Source: Utricularia gibba
Lineage: Eukaryota; Plantae; Magnoliophyta
DNA: 64,000 nucleotides
Direction of reading: 5' to 3'
Assembly: GCA_002189035.1 (NCBI GenBank)
Contig: NEEC01000024.1
Span: forward strand, 682,001 to 746,000
The notes under the pieces are model-generated. The model saw only the letters and a list, made by a program, of their open reading frames with translations. It did not search any database and was not told the DNA's origin. Shown in pieces: positions 36,865 through 50,862 of the stretch. A program made the position numbers and the translations under genes. How positions within the stretch are numbered: the first letter of the stretch is position 1; the number at the start of each line of letters is the position of its first letter.

Positions 36865-38551
36865 TTTTGCATCGAGACGTTTATGATCTTAAAGCAAAAG
36901 GTGCTTGGGTTCCTGAAAATGAAGGAATGTTATTTTAGGGAAATAAAGGGTGATAAGTGCATGTGCGAGCGAGTAGGGAGGGATTTCCGACCTAAATAAC
37001 ATCAACCTAAAATACAAAATGTGGAAAAGGTGCATCGCATTCCTCCCAAATCAGTAAAAATAATTTAAATCTAATAACAAATATTTACTTATATATGCCA
37101 TGGATGAGCCCAACTTCTCTCCACATAATTTTTTCAAATGGATGAGCGAAACTATACAAATTTTCATTTCTTGATGATTCGTGTAAGATATTTGATGGGT
37201 TATTTTAAATCACAACCATTTTTCATTCCTAAATTTGAATTTTATGATCATTTCAAATAAACTTTTTAAAATAAATTATTTTATTCAAAATTGAGATGAA
37301 TAATGTTATCTCAAGTCTAAAATAAATGTAGCTACATTATTCTTTTATTCTTTCAAAATTAATGACAAATTCTTTATTTTTCACATTAACATGTAAAATA
37401 TAAAAAAAAAAAAAACTGTTTTATAAAATAGATGATGAATTCTTATATTTTTTACGATCATAAAAGATTTATTAAACCATTAACCTAAAAAATATTGTAA
37501 ATTAGTCATATAGTCAAATAATATATTATATATTGATTTAAATATGTTGAAATTATTTTGAATCATCAACATACATGTTATCGATGACTACGTGGTATGC
37601 ATTTTCTAGTTGAATAGGAATGTCTTCGTTTTCATTATCTGTTTGCTTTAAGCTGAAAATGAAGAAAAGTATGTATGTCTCTTGTTGAAAACTTAAAATT
37701 TAACAACTTATTTTATTTGTATACGTGCTGTTTGATTTCCGATAAGATGCAAATTCACTAGTTGCTGCTTTAAATGTCGATTTATGATTCTATTTTTTAC
37801 TTTTTAGTTTAATTGTCAGTAGAAGAATTTTATTTACTTAGAGTAGAATTCATGTCCTTACAAAACCCTCTTGTTTAATCTAGTTTATAAATAGTACTAG
37901 CAATTAAATACCGATTGATCTCTATGGTTTGAACTTACTATTGATGTATTTATTTTTATGTAGAATATTTATGAATTGCATGTTCAATAGATAAATATTT
38001 TTTATGCAAAAAACCTTTATTTTGTGACATCTAAAGAAATTAATGTCTATCTATCAATACACAAGATTACAAAAAAGTAATTAAGATCCTTCTTCATAAC
38101 TCGTTTCTCTACATCATTTAATTAGGCCTTATTTCCCTTGTCATCGTTTTGTTTTTTTTTTTTTGTTTGTTTTTGTTTTGAGATCAACTTCTTCCCTTTT
38201 TGTTCTTCTCAATCACGTCTCCTTGTAAATGATGACACATTATTTCCACCTTGCATCCACTAAGATCACAAATTTGAGCAGAATCCTAACAAATATAATA
38301 AATTTTGTTTAATAATACTGTGTGTTTTATTTTGTCTCTCATGTCGAAATGGACTTGTTGTCTTGGAAACCTCACTCTTTGAATACGAGGAAGAATAATA
38401 AGTATCATTTTCTCAATAAATTTTAATTAAAAAATATAAAACACAAATAAAATAATTCAATTGTCAATCAAAAAGAGTTGAATTTTTATGAAAGATGTTA
38501 TTAACCTATTATAAACTCTCATGGTTTTTGTAAAATAACTTTAAAGGTACA

Positions 38552-39695
38552 TGGGGTGATTTTACAAGTGACCAGAAACTGTCGAATTAATAAAATAAGA
38601 TTGTATCCACAAGGAATTGTTATTGGAATTTTCTTTTCAAACAAAGACTCAAAAAGACCAAAAACAAAAGAAAGATTTGATTTTAAAAACAAGAAGAAAA
38701 GTGACATTGGATCCAGGATCCATCTTACTTGAAACTCGTCCTTGTGTGTGTGCAAACCTTGAAGACTGACCTGTTTGCGTAAGCTCTGGGGGTATTATTC
38801 TAAAGTAGTGCTACTCGGTGACCGTTATAACACTGTCCCTTCTTTTGTGGGATTATGAAATCAACCAAGCCACCAGAGCCATTTCACCTCTTGTGATAAC
38901 CTATGTTTTCCCCACACCCAAATCTAACCCCTACATCTCACACCTCGCAGACAGATTAGACAGAATGTGCCTTACCAACGATGTCCGATTGAGCCCTTCT
39001 CCTTAGGTGCTTGAGGCCAACCTTTGATTCTCTCACACTCCCTTCGGGTTATGTGATACTAAAGAGCACGTTGGTAAAGAAAACGTTGCGAAAAACAGAA
39101 TCAAACCTCAATTTAAATGTCGAAAAACATAGTAAAACAGTCACACGCGCAAGACTTGCACAAGCAAGGCTTTACCGCAGATCCTCAGCCGCAAGCGCTT
39201 ACACGTGCTGACTCGACTTAAACATGAAAACAGACACGAAAATAGGAAAGATTCAAAGTAAAAGTGGTCAAAGACGTTTCTAATGGTTGAGGGTGGGGTA
39301 TTTATATGAGAGTAGATCCAAGTCTTCATATTGAGTTTATTCGATGGGCTTGGATAAGATATTTTATCCAAATCTTTTATCCAAATCTTCAAAATCATCT
39401 TTATATCTTTATCTTATCCATGAATCTTGAACCAAATCTTCATCATTTGACCGAGTCTTGGCTGACATTCGTGGCCCATCAAGTCCATAATTTGGTGGAT
39501 CTTGATTTCTCATCAAATTGATCCAAAAGTACCCTAAAAATCCACAAAATACACTTTCTCTCCAAAAAGATCAAAGTAGTGTGAAAGATGCAAAATCAAT
39601 TGAGAATAATGAGAAAGTGGGGTCTAAGATAAGTAAAAACAACACTCAAGAGTAGTGGAAAAACATGTTTTGGAATGATACAAAATCACTTATCA
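38552..39695 (-). mobile_element. Solo LTR (family 2, 1144 bp) with TSD GTACA
   Basis: TG at 38552 and CA at 39695; GTACA at 38547-38551 and 39696-39700. Shares long blocks with 32430-33257. Confidence 0.88.
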
Positions 39696-41169
39696 GTACA
39701 AAAATAGGAAATGAAACTTAAATGATATACCTCGATTAAAAGAATTATGTAATAGAAAAAAATCTATCTTTTTCTTTGTCTCTTCTTATCTTGATTTTCA
39801 ATGATTTCTTTTGAATAATAAATTATAAGAGTAACTACAAAAATCACTACCCATTTATTAACAAAATATTTCAATCACATAGAATCCATGAGCCATTTCC
39901 ATTTACTCATGAACCATGACTAAGAATAGTTACAAAAATACTAGTATATGTGCATAGAGATGTGTGAAATCTAAAAGAAATTCAATGAACAAATGAGATA
40001 AAAACTTAAAACATTAAAAAAAAAACATCATCAAGTCCCTAAGAATAAGTTGTCTAGCTACTAAAGGCCATAACCACATGAATGAAAAATACAAGACGAA
40101 AGTCACCTTCATTCAAGAAGTTGGAAAGAAAGAGCCATGTTACGAATGTAAAGTTCAAGTTTTGAAAAAAATGGTCCGAATTTTGAGTTTGAAGTCTTCT
40201 TTAATTTTTCAAAAAAAGTGCATTTAATTCTTATGTACCTTTACTTTAATCTGTTTATCTTTTTTATGTGCTCGTCCTTTATTCATAATGTATGTACCAT
40301 GAACAATGCTCATTTTTTCATCTACCATAATTCCAACTTTTCTAGAGGTCACATTTTTGTTGACTCTTGTGTTCGCAAGCCTGCTACGATATGATAACTT
40401 GCTCATCTGTAATTTTTAGACAATAATATAAGAAAACCTAATTCTAATTGGATAATTTAATTATACAATAATACCTAAAAATATATAATAAAAACATATA
40501 AAAATGGCACTTAATACAAAACAACTTGAGAAGAATATTTTGTCACATAAAAAACTGAATGTAGTTAAACTCTTTCTGAAAAAATTAGCTTAAAAACCTA
40601 ATCTTTCTCCAAATCTAAAAAAGCTAAAAATATTTAGGATAATGATTAAAATAGAAGGTTCATTAAAATTATTTATTGTAGCATATACGATTTAGCACAA
40701 CCTTATCCCCACATTGTATGATGTTATTATATCTTTATAATCATAATATGTAGATATTATTTGTTGGCTAGAAGTAAATTTTTATTTTACCATCTTCAAT
40801 ACTTCATCTCTATTTTTTTATAATCTTCAAATCAACTACTGAATTTTACAATTTTCGCAAATGATGATGATGTATATTTTAAATTATTTCATAATATTGA
40901 ATAAAAATTTTTAGATATATTTTCAATTTCATGTTTACTATCTATATCTTCCCATTACTGTAAGAATGATAAGAAATTGAAAAAATCAGATTAGTTTCAG
41001 AAAATTTTAATATTTTTTTCCAAAACAAACTAGTAATATTGCATCTCAACCATTAATTATTGTTCACTAAAATGTACCTAATTTTCTTATGATTTTATGT
41101 TTGAGACTTTAGGCTTATAGAAAAGTTCCTTATGAACTAATAGGATAATAGAACCTTATGTTACTTTCT

Positions 41170-41930
41170 TAGGAATATGTCATCTATGTCTAGGTTTGCA
41201 AAGATAGGAATTTGAGACTTATCATAATGGTATGACAACTATTTTAATAGAGTTCCACAACATTTCCAAAGCATGCTCAATAATGGCTATCCATTGGGTG
41301 AAACTTTTAAAAGATTACATGGTAGTTTATCTACATGTAAGATATAGTTCTAAATGTTGCATTGTTTCTATTGATGGTACACTCATCAACCCTCGTATTC
41401 CTAAAAATGAGCAGATGGGTTTCATTGGTCATAAAGATACACCCATACAAAACATACAACCAATGTACAATTTTAATATGTTTTTCTTATGTTATATCTT
41501 CTTTGAGGGAATATCACATTACAAGATCTTATTGTTTCGGAGACGAGAGCTACACTGTTCTTAAATAACCATCATGTTTTATATATATTATTCTAATAAA
41601 ATTTTAAATTATATTTTTTTTAATTATTTATTTTATTTATTTTGTAGCCAAATATTATCTTGTGGATGCTGGATTTTTCTAATACTCAAGATTTGATGAC
41701 TCCATAATGTGGACAAAAGTATCATCTCTCTAATTTTCAATGTGACTTGGGGCATAATGATTCAAAGTAACTATTCAATTATAGACATTAATCACTAAGG
41801 TATGTTATTGAAGGAATATTTAAAGTCTAGAAAAAAAACATGTTTAATAATGTAAATGACATGCCTCCAAACTTAAAATTCAAACATCAAGTCACACTGG
41901 TTTCCACAATAATAGAAATTTTTAACTTTC
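41170..41930 (+). mobile_element. PIF/Harbinger DDE transposase pseudogene fragment
   Basis: CIVSIDGTLINPRIP...FIGHKDTPIQNI (~41360-41460), KYYLVDAG (~41650) and LFNYRH*SLRYVIEGIF (~41770) match DDE_Tnp_4 motifs (IDGTH, YYLVDAG, FNxRH, IExxF). Confidence 0.85.
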
Positions 41931-42329
41931 TTCCACAAGTTGATGAATACATCAAAAATGATGATCATAGATGATGACCCCCAACAAGATGATGATGGAT
42001 ATTTGAAGAATGTTAAGAATGTGGAACAAATGCACATCTTAATAGCAACATGATTCCACTTGGACCAATCACAAGAAGTAAGATTAAGAAGATTGAAGCA
42101 TTACTCAAGCATTTCCTTATCAATATTGGGTTAGAAGCATTTCCTCAAGTATTCCACTTGGACGAAACACTTCTGTAAAATCAAAATCACTAAGAATTCC
42201 ATACTTATTAAAGCCAAGAAAACGCTTCTTCTTCTTGCAATCCTTCGTCTTTTGTTTTGATACACCATCGTTTACAATAGTGGAATTGTCAGATGAAAGA
42301 ATGACATTTTGGACTTTCACAAACCACTA

Positions 42330-44000
42330 TCCTGCCATTGTAGGGGTGAGAACTCTCCCCACTCAAAGTCTTCTCTTGTTTCACTTGTGGACCCTGATTT
42401 CAACAAACTAAACACATGAGCTCAAAGATGAAACAACTATTAAAAAAATCATACCTTTTCGTCTTTTTTTGGCATGTCTGTGTTTCCCTTGGAAGTAGCT
42501 GAATTTTGGGGTTGATCTGACCTTTGATTTTGTTCCCGTAGATGGTTCTTGTGTTCCTTGCTCATTTCCTTCATTTTTTCCACAATCTTCCGTTTCCTAT
42601 AATAAGGAAACAATATATCTTGATAACAAATAATACCACACCATATGGAACAACCTATGATCCAATATAGCAGACTACTTTTTTTTTTTGGAGTTTAGCT
42701 CACATGTCTATGCATTGTGCCTTGTGTATCCACATGTACGACAAAATTGTAATTTTCTTGTTCCAACTTTCTTCTATTTCTTATGAGGCGATTGTTTTTC
42801 ATAAGGTTGGCCTTTTTCGGTGCTTCTTAGGTCTACTATGAGGTGTCGTATGAAACATCGGAGGTAGTATGTTGCTCTTGTCCAACATTGGCCATTCCTT
42901 ACTATCCGGCATAACTACCAAACAAAAGTTAAAAAAGTGAAGACAATAATTAACAACAAAGACATTTTTCATGTTCATTACCATGAATGGAGTGAGCGTA
43001 TGTTTCCCTAAAGTGCATGTCTTTATACCAATCATGTATGTGATCCCTCGGATTATCACGCTTGGTTCGTATAGCTCGCACCACATGTTTGCATGGTATA
43101 CCTGTAGTTTATCAAGTAAGAAAGCAAACATAATTTGTGATTAAACATAATCACTTACTAGTTAGTTGCCACATCCGACAAGAACACATGGAGTCATGGA
43201 GGTTAACACAGTGACGATGCAATCCCTTGATCCATTCCCAATGCCATTCATCCGTAGATCTGATCTCCACACCAGCCTCTGGTGTGGAGTTGTTCTCTAC
43301 AATTTGCATGGATGATGGGGAGTACCTATATTTCCACTTGGATGCTTCTACACGTCGTTTGTTAAATTGGTCGGCAATGGTCCATCTGATATCTTCTAGC
43401 ATCCGTAGTATCGGTAATCATCGTGCATCAAGTAAGGAGGCATTCTAAGACTTCAAAATGATGTTTGTTAAAGCTCCACATTTGGCATCCTTAGTGAAGT
43501 ATGCATGCGTCCACCTAGTTGGGTTTATTTTACCCAGCCTACTATATACATTGATGTTCAACCGGCCAAGGGCATCCATTTCCATTCTCCAAGTAGCTGG
43601 CATGGATGTTGCTGCACACTTCCAAACTTGAGTCTTGACAGCATCCGAACGTGCACCTACATTCCTGTTGCTTGGGTTTTAAAGACTTGTTTTCAGTCAA
43701 CTCCCTGTTACATGAACTACAGTGCTCACTATGATACTTAGATACTTGCCAATCTCGATTTGGACGGGGACCTGAGATGGTTACAGCCCAACTACACCCT
43801 TCGTCCCGACCCCCTTCACACACAACACAGATGTATCTGTTGTCATTCCTTTTAAATTTCCACTGAATTCATTTCTAAATACATAAGCAACGATGGCATC
43901 CCGTGCTGCTATTTTGCTACCAAATAATATTCCTTCCCTACATAATAAGAAATAGACTTTTATAAATAATAAATAGAAATCCCAAATAAATACACATAGG
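42330..44000 (-). mobile_element. MuDR/MULE transposase pseudogene with SWIM finger
   Basis: LFGSKIAARDAIVAY and CSWAVTISG...HC (MuDR domain); WTHAYF..AKC; MLEDIR..IADQFNKRR; SWIM CSCRMWQL (43151-43200); RGRPKKHR..CFNC-like region further down. Confidence 0.8.
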
Positions 44001-45099
44001 AACCAACTCACATGCATTATAAGTAAAAGTCATAAGAATTATAAACATAACATATACTAATTACATCTAGAAATTAGATACAAAGAATTATTGATACTCA
44101 AAGAAATAATTAGAGATTAACCCCTAACTATTATTAATATATAAAAATAGTTTAAGATTTACCTAAGATTTAATTCTTTTCATCCTTTTTTCGAGTTATA
44201 ATATATAATTTCTTCATCCTCATGATCATATATCTCAATGTCTTGAGTGGGAGCCTTATGTGCTTGAATTATGCATTCTTCCTTCTATTCAATTTTAGAC
44301 ATCAGTTCAACATCGAACGAGCATGGAGGTTGCAACCCACTAGATTCATATTGAAACTCCTCTTCTGAATAAACGTATGATTCCATAGTATTCGAATCAC
44401 TCATGGTTAGAACCTGTGGCACCAAATCAATTGAAAACCACAACAAATTAAATCAATGCGATTTTATATCTGTTCAATAAACTTATGATTCAAAGAAATG
44501 ATATAAGAAGATGAATCTAAAATCACCAGCAATAAAATCCAGAATCTGAGAACACCGACTTAGAGTCAAGAGGGCGATGGGCTACTAAACGAGGACGATC
44601 ATGATGAGTCAAGAGGGTGACGGGTCAACAATCACGGTGGCTTGTGGTGGATCGTGATGGCTAACAAAAATCAGAGGATTTCATCGTGGTGGCTAGCAAT
44701 AGTTGTAACCCTAATTACATTGCATTTATCAATTTGGGAATGAGCTAGCTAAATATATGTACTAAAATAAAAGCCCATTAGTAAACATTTGTTCTCATAA
44801 TGTAGGTGTCAAAAGGTGTGTTTTTATTCAAAAGATAAATTACAAACATACGTACCAAAAAACATTGGTATTGAAGATATACTATTTTTCAAAACATTAG
44901 TTTCAAAATAAAAAATTTGAAAACATTCATATGTAAAATCTAAAATTAGACAACGTATGTACCAAAAATGACATTATATAAAGATTAGTATAGAATTGTA
45001 TATTTTTTGTCAAATGTTTGTATTGAAACAAAATGTAGCCCTATTAGAAATATGTTATAACGTTTTGGCTTCGTGGAATGTGCTGTGTGCAATTATGAC

Positions 45100-45420
45100 A
45101 AGCCTTGTATTGGTTGATACCAAGGCGTGAAGTTGGATCGCTCAAACCAATCCACCAATCGATAAGCACACTCATATGAGTGAGTAGTTGCTTGATGTTT
45201 CTAACAAATATCATGCCTCACCATCCACAAGCAATGAATTTGGTCTCACAAGAATGCATCCACCATCTATAAATTTACATGAAGAAAATTCTTGATATGT
45301 AACATGAACAACAGAGTATGGTTTGCTACTCAATCATTCCCTTGGAAGGATATGTGGATACAAATTTTGTAGGTAATTCTAACTCCAAAAGCACCTTTTT
45401 ATGTTTTTCACTTTGAGACT
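45100..45420 (+). mobile_element. Short Copia RT/RNase H fragment
   Basis: LEGYVDTNFVGNSNSKST (~45340-45395) resembles the Copia GYVDADFAGD..RRST motif; EVGSL upstream. Confidence 0.5.
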
Positions 45421-46342
45421 AATATTTTAAACTAGATTTCCAAATGGTACGGAATGGATGCTCAATCAATCGTTTAAGTAGAATATGTTGCTACTTGCCT
45501 AATAGCAAACAATATCGCTTAGTTGACAAAATTAATCTAAGAGTTAGGATTGGAGCAGTAGATAGGACAGACATCGCTGTGTTACATTGTGATTCTTCAA
45601 GTATAATTCCCACGATGAAAGATCCAATTTCTGAGATCACACCAAACAGATTTCAATGAAATATCATGTAGTGAGAGTTGCTTAAGGATTAGATAATTTG
45701 TATCCAATGCTGTCCTAGTGAGATAATCCACATGTGTATTTGAATTCATGCGGAGGCAGCCTCAGCCTAGACGACTCTCTCATAAATGGAGCTGGAGCTG
45801 GAGCTGGAGGTCGGTTGAAGGTGGAGCTTGTTGTGTTCGACACACCACGCTTCTGAAACCATGCAGGAAGCGACTCAATCCGTCAAAATTTCAAGAGCAT
45901 GCATGCCAACCTGATCTACATGTTTCCATGATGCAATTTCACTCTCGTCTTTTAGAACTAAATCTTACATTGTGTGTTTGATGCCCATAAGTTTCTTTCT
46001 TGATTGAATCGTCCAAAATATCAGTCTACAATTAAAACATTCATTCAATCAACAACAGCATTGCAAGTATCAGTCTACCATTGCAAAAGAACTTGGCATC
46101 ATGAGATCTCCATCCTCATCCAATCAATGTTCAACTGAAATCCTTCTTTACATTTCCTTCAGCTTCTTATCTTATTGTACAAAACAAATCAATATGTTGT
46201 GATCATAAAACACAAACTATGAAAAATGAAATCTGGGAAATACCACACCACAGTAAGTAGCTTCAGATCTTCCCCTGATGTTGAGATCCATCTCCATTTC
46301 TGGCGTCTCCAAGCTCATGGAAAATTTGTGTTGTCTGTATAA

Positions 46343-49300
46343 TTATTCACAGTTCAATCCACAAACTTCAAGCACGACACCATCTCCTCGGGACAAAAAC
46401 GGATTTACTCGAACCCAAAGCAATGAGAATATGGAAGCCAAGAGAATGGACCAGACGATGAGGATGGTAGGAATCCTGTCTTGCCTTCCCATGAAACCCT
46501 TGAGGAAAGGATATAGATGCAGGATCACCCAAATAGCGAAGAAGAGCTTCCCAAACAGAGGTCCCCAGGATTCGTAGCCGTTGTTTATGGCATCTGATAC
46601 TCCGACAGCAACTCCGATGATGTTGAAGACCATTAGAGACAATGGAGGGATCAACAACGATGTCCATTTGAAGAGGTAGAGCTCTGAAAATTCCCCGTCA
46701 TCAGCTGCTTTGGATGTAACTGTGAAGTTTGTGTTGACTCCAGCTAAAACCTTGAGAAGACCTTGAATGAGAGCAAAAAAGTGCGCTGAAACGCCTCCGA
46801 TGACCCAGAACTGCTCGTTTCTCCACCAGTCATCTATTCCAACACCGCCCCATTGCATTTCCAGAATGCTGGTCACAGCAATGGATATGAAGAGTGCCAT
46901 AAAGAGCAAGCTGGCGTAGTTACTTATCTGCACCAACACAGAATTTTCAGGACGCGGGCTGTTTGTGTTCTTTTGAACTCGTAAGAAAGACTAACCTCGG
47001 GGACGATGAATTTCCCGGTGAGCAAGCAGATGGCAGGCAGGGTGCAGTAAACAATCAGTGGAAGAGAAGTCAACGGATACACGACGGAGTTTATGTAGGA
47101 GAATCTCTCCAGGCGTTTCAGGCCACAGCCATAGCCATACCAAATAGGGCAATGTCTGCTCAAGAAAATTTCAACCGATCCCAAGGCCCAACGAAGAACT
47201 TGATGCAGACGATCCGAAAGATTGATAGGAGCAGAACCCTTGAAGGCTGGCCTTTTGGGCATGCAGTAAACAGATCGCCATCCATGGCAATGCATCTTGA
47301 ATCCCGTTAATATGTCCTCCGTGACGGAGCCGTAAATCCAACCGATCTGGAAGTAGAAGTGTCAATGCGACCAATGTGATGGAGTGAAAAGCAAAGCATC
47401 CAAAATGTGATAGCACACCACACCTCTTTTCCCCAGTCTGTTTTGTCCTCATAGCCACAGCTGATGACATGAATGGCTTCCTTCAAAAGTGATGCTGATG
47501 TTGCTTCTTGAGGTATTCCACCCTGCTCCAGAAGTGTTGAAGCCACAAAAACTGGGGATTGTCCGAACTTCTTCTCCAACTTCACCTGCGGCATAAGGGA
47601 TGATTTTTCGTTTCTGTTTCCTGCAAGTACATGATAACAATCACGTGATGAAACTGTTCACATGAAACACAGATGATATGTTAGAAACTCTCACCTTCAG
47701 CTCCCTCGATATTTTCAAGAGCATAAATCTGTGGCGATGCTTCCCTGGATTTGGTTTTCTTCTTGCTGTCCTTGGATTTCCCTTTCTTGCTGTTCTTTCT
47801 CGATCCAAAGCAGCAGCAACACCATTTTGGCCAGCAGTTGCATGTTTTCCCTGGGGGTTTCACCTTTTTCGGGGCATCGTATCCATAGAGTGCTTGTCTC
47901 CTGAAGACACATCCAGTGCCGACATAAATCGGACCTTGGATTCCATCAAGACCTTTCATGTTTATCTGTCAGGAATAGATTAAAGGGTGAGGCTTTACAG
48001 ATCTCAACATACAGATGAAGAGAGAGCAACAGAGGACTTCAACATACATCAAAGAAGACAACGTTGCGATTTGAATATCTATCGTGCCGATCAATCCCAT
48101 CAAATCTCTGAGGAAACTGCACGTAGCATATTTTCTTCCCAGACTGGGGATCCATCATGAAGCACATAGATTCCCGAAGAGCCTTGCTGTTGTTGATATA
48201 GTGATCACAATCAACATTGAGAAGGTAAGGGGCATTGGAGATGACAGCAGAAACCCGTATCTGGAGCATATAAATGAAAAAAAGTAAGATCATATATGGG
48301 AAGAAAGTCACGACAAACAAGAAAAATGGTAAGCAAACAGGAAAACTACCAGAGCATTCATAGCGCCAGCCTTCTTGTGGTGCTCATGTCCAGGCCTCTT
48401 TTCACGAGAAACGTATATGAGACGAGGCAGGTCGTTCCCTTCAATATCTTGGACGCCATTTTGCCCCAGGAAAACCTTTCACAAGCGAGAAAGCGTTATC
48501 ATGGTGAACTAAAAGTGAAAAGAAACGTCAAGCTTGGCATACTTGGATCATTCCAGGGTGATCTCTGACATTATTTCCTGGCCAGGGTGTACCGTCTTGC
48601 ATTGTCCAGCCATCTTCTGGAACCTTTTGCGCCACCGAAACCAACGCGTTTATTCGAATTTTGAACTCATCATACTCTCTCTGCACCACCAGTGAAAACC
48701 ATTTTCATCGTTTGATGGAAATCCTTGGTAAACAAAGAGAAAAAAACTTTATGCACCTTCATTGCACGTCGTTCCCTGACAAATCTCGGTTCTACTTTGT
48801 TCTTCAAATAATCAACTTTCTGAGCAAAGTACCACTCAGGAGCGCGGGGCTCAATGCTGTATTTTTTGCAAAAGGGAACCCATTTCCTTGCAAACTCCGA
48901 CGTCTCCGACAGAGCCTCAAAGGTGAGCATTGCAGCACCATCATCAGACACGTAACAGGCAACCTTGTCGACAGGGTAGTCCACGGCAAGTATAGATAGA
49001 ACAGTGTTGGCTGTAATGAGGGGAGGCTCCTTCATGGGATCCACCGTACTCACAAATATGTCAATGGCAGCCAACTCCGAAGGCTTCCCCTCTTTCTCAT
49101 ACCTGATGCACCCAGCAGAGGAATGCTTCAGCCACATGCATAAATCTAAGGAGAGGGGAACAAATAGAAACACATCCCCGGTACCTCAAGGAGAGCCTGT
49201 CCAAGTAGGTCTCCCTTTCAATTGGAAACCATTTTGGAAACTGATCGAATATCCATGAGACAGCAAACCATATCTCGCATATAATGGATGTCAACCATAG

Positions 49301-50862
49301 CCCATATGCATTACGCACAGGATGAAGAATTCTGTAGTGAAAAAACAGTCCAAGAATAGCCAGACGAAGCAAAATGATCATTCTATAGGGACTGATCTTG
49401 CTTGAAGGTATCGGTATTTTCCGAGAAAGAGGCTGCCTTCCCTCATCAGTCCTGAAAGCAACCCAAAAGTCAGAAATGTAACAACATCAAAAGAGATTTG
49501 AGAGTAAATGCATGACAATAAGACGTTAAACTAGAGCCGCCAGTGGCTTTCCTTAGTTAAGTCTCACGTTTTTCCACCATTGGAGAACTCAACGGCCAAT
49601 GTGGGCCTAGCCACCGACACTAGGATCATGATGAAAGGGAAAAAAAGAAAAAAAAGGGGTTTACTTGGGTAAATCAGGATCATCGAGCCCATCTGCATCA
49701 ACATTGAGTCCTTGATGCTTCACAACTTGCAGTTTCTCGTTCTGCTTTCTCTTCCATTCCTCCATTCTTTCCTTCCAAGCAACAGTTCCATAACCATAGA
49801 CTGCCAAGTCCTTCTTCGGATCCATGGGCCGGGGAGGCACTGAAAAATGGCACAATCTTAGGACTTTTTTGATCGCTTCACCACAGCTAAGAAATCACTT
49901 ACGAGTCATGGAGGACGAATCAGTGAAAGGCACCCCATAAACTCGCTTCCCACCCGGAGGAATGATGAGCGCATGCTTGTCGGCTGCAATGGCATGGTCC
50001 TTCACCAAGATTACAAAACTTATTTCACGTCTTTGCAATAGAATGTAGTGAAGAAAAACAAAGAGAGATCAGAATCTACCTCTTCACCATAAGTAAGAAG
50101 TGGGATTTCAGAGTTAACAACAGAAGGATCCATTTCAGCAGGAATTGTGATCCCAGAAGCAGTTCTGCTGATGTTGTATCGGGAAGAGGCAACAGCAGGA
50201 TCAGGAAAATGCTCATTTCCGTCATAATGAAACTCATGCTCCAAATCATCAAACTCATCCTCGTCTTCATCTCCATCGACTCTAGGACTTCCTGGGATTC
50301 CATAAAACATGAAAACCAACTGTCATTTATCATTCGAAGTAGCAGCGTGTAAGACAGGATTTGAATTACCCTTAATTCGCTTGTATCTAGTTTTGCATTG
50401 TGGGCAAGATTGATTTCCTTCCCTTCGTTCATATTCATAACAAGCTCTACACACAGGAAATGCGCATTCATTGCAGGCAACAAATGGATCACCATTAACG
50501 GTAAATTCAATCTCATCTCCACAAATCTGGCATCTCTGGCCACTCAATTCTTTCACGGAAGTCACCTGTCAAAATTATTGCGCGCCCTTTAAAAAATTAA
50601 GAAGGAAACCTGAAGAAATTTGACCGGCACTGACTTCAAGAAGAGAAACAGCAAACGCATGAATAAAGTAGTGCAGATGGGAAACGCGAGGAACCAGTTT
50701 TAAGATCTTGACACCCAAAAACGCTTGCTCTAGAGCGCAAGTTTACGACTGAAACTCTGAATCACGCCTCAAGACACTCACTTTTCCAATCTCATCGGCA
50801 TTGATGACAACGAACTCATTCCTGTTGTGTGAGCCAGCCACAAGTCTCCCGTTGGTGCCCAT
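46343..50862 (-). CDS. CESA6: Cellulose synthase catalytic subunit, CESA2/5/6/9 (CESA6-like) clade, multi-exon
   Basis: Exon 1 50862-50782 [26 protein letters not shown]...[14 protein letters not shown]; [13 protein letters not shown]; DDG, DCD, TED and QVLRW motifs; class-specific [14 protein letters not shown]. The exons I checked are in frame. Assignment is to the clade, not an exact ortholog. Confidence 0.95.
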
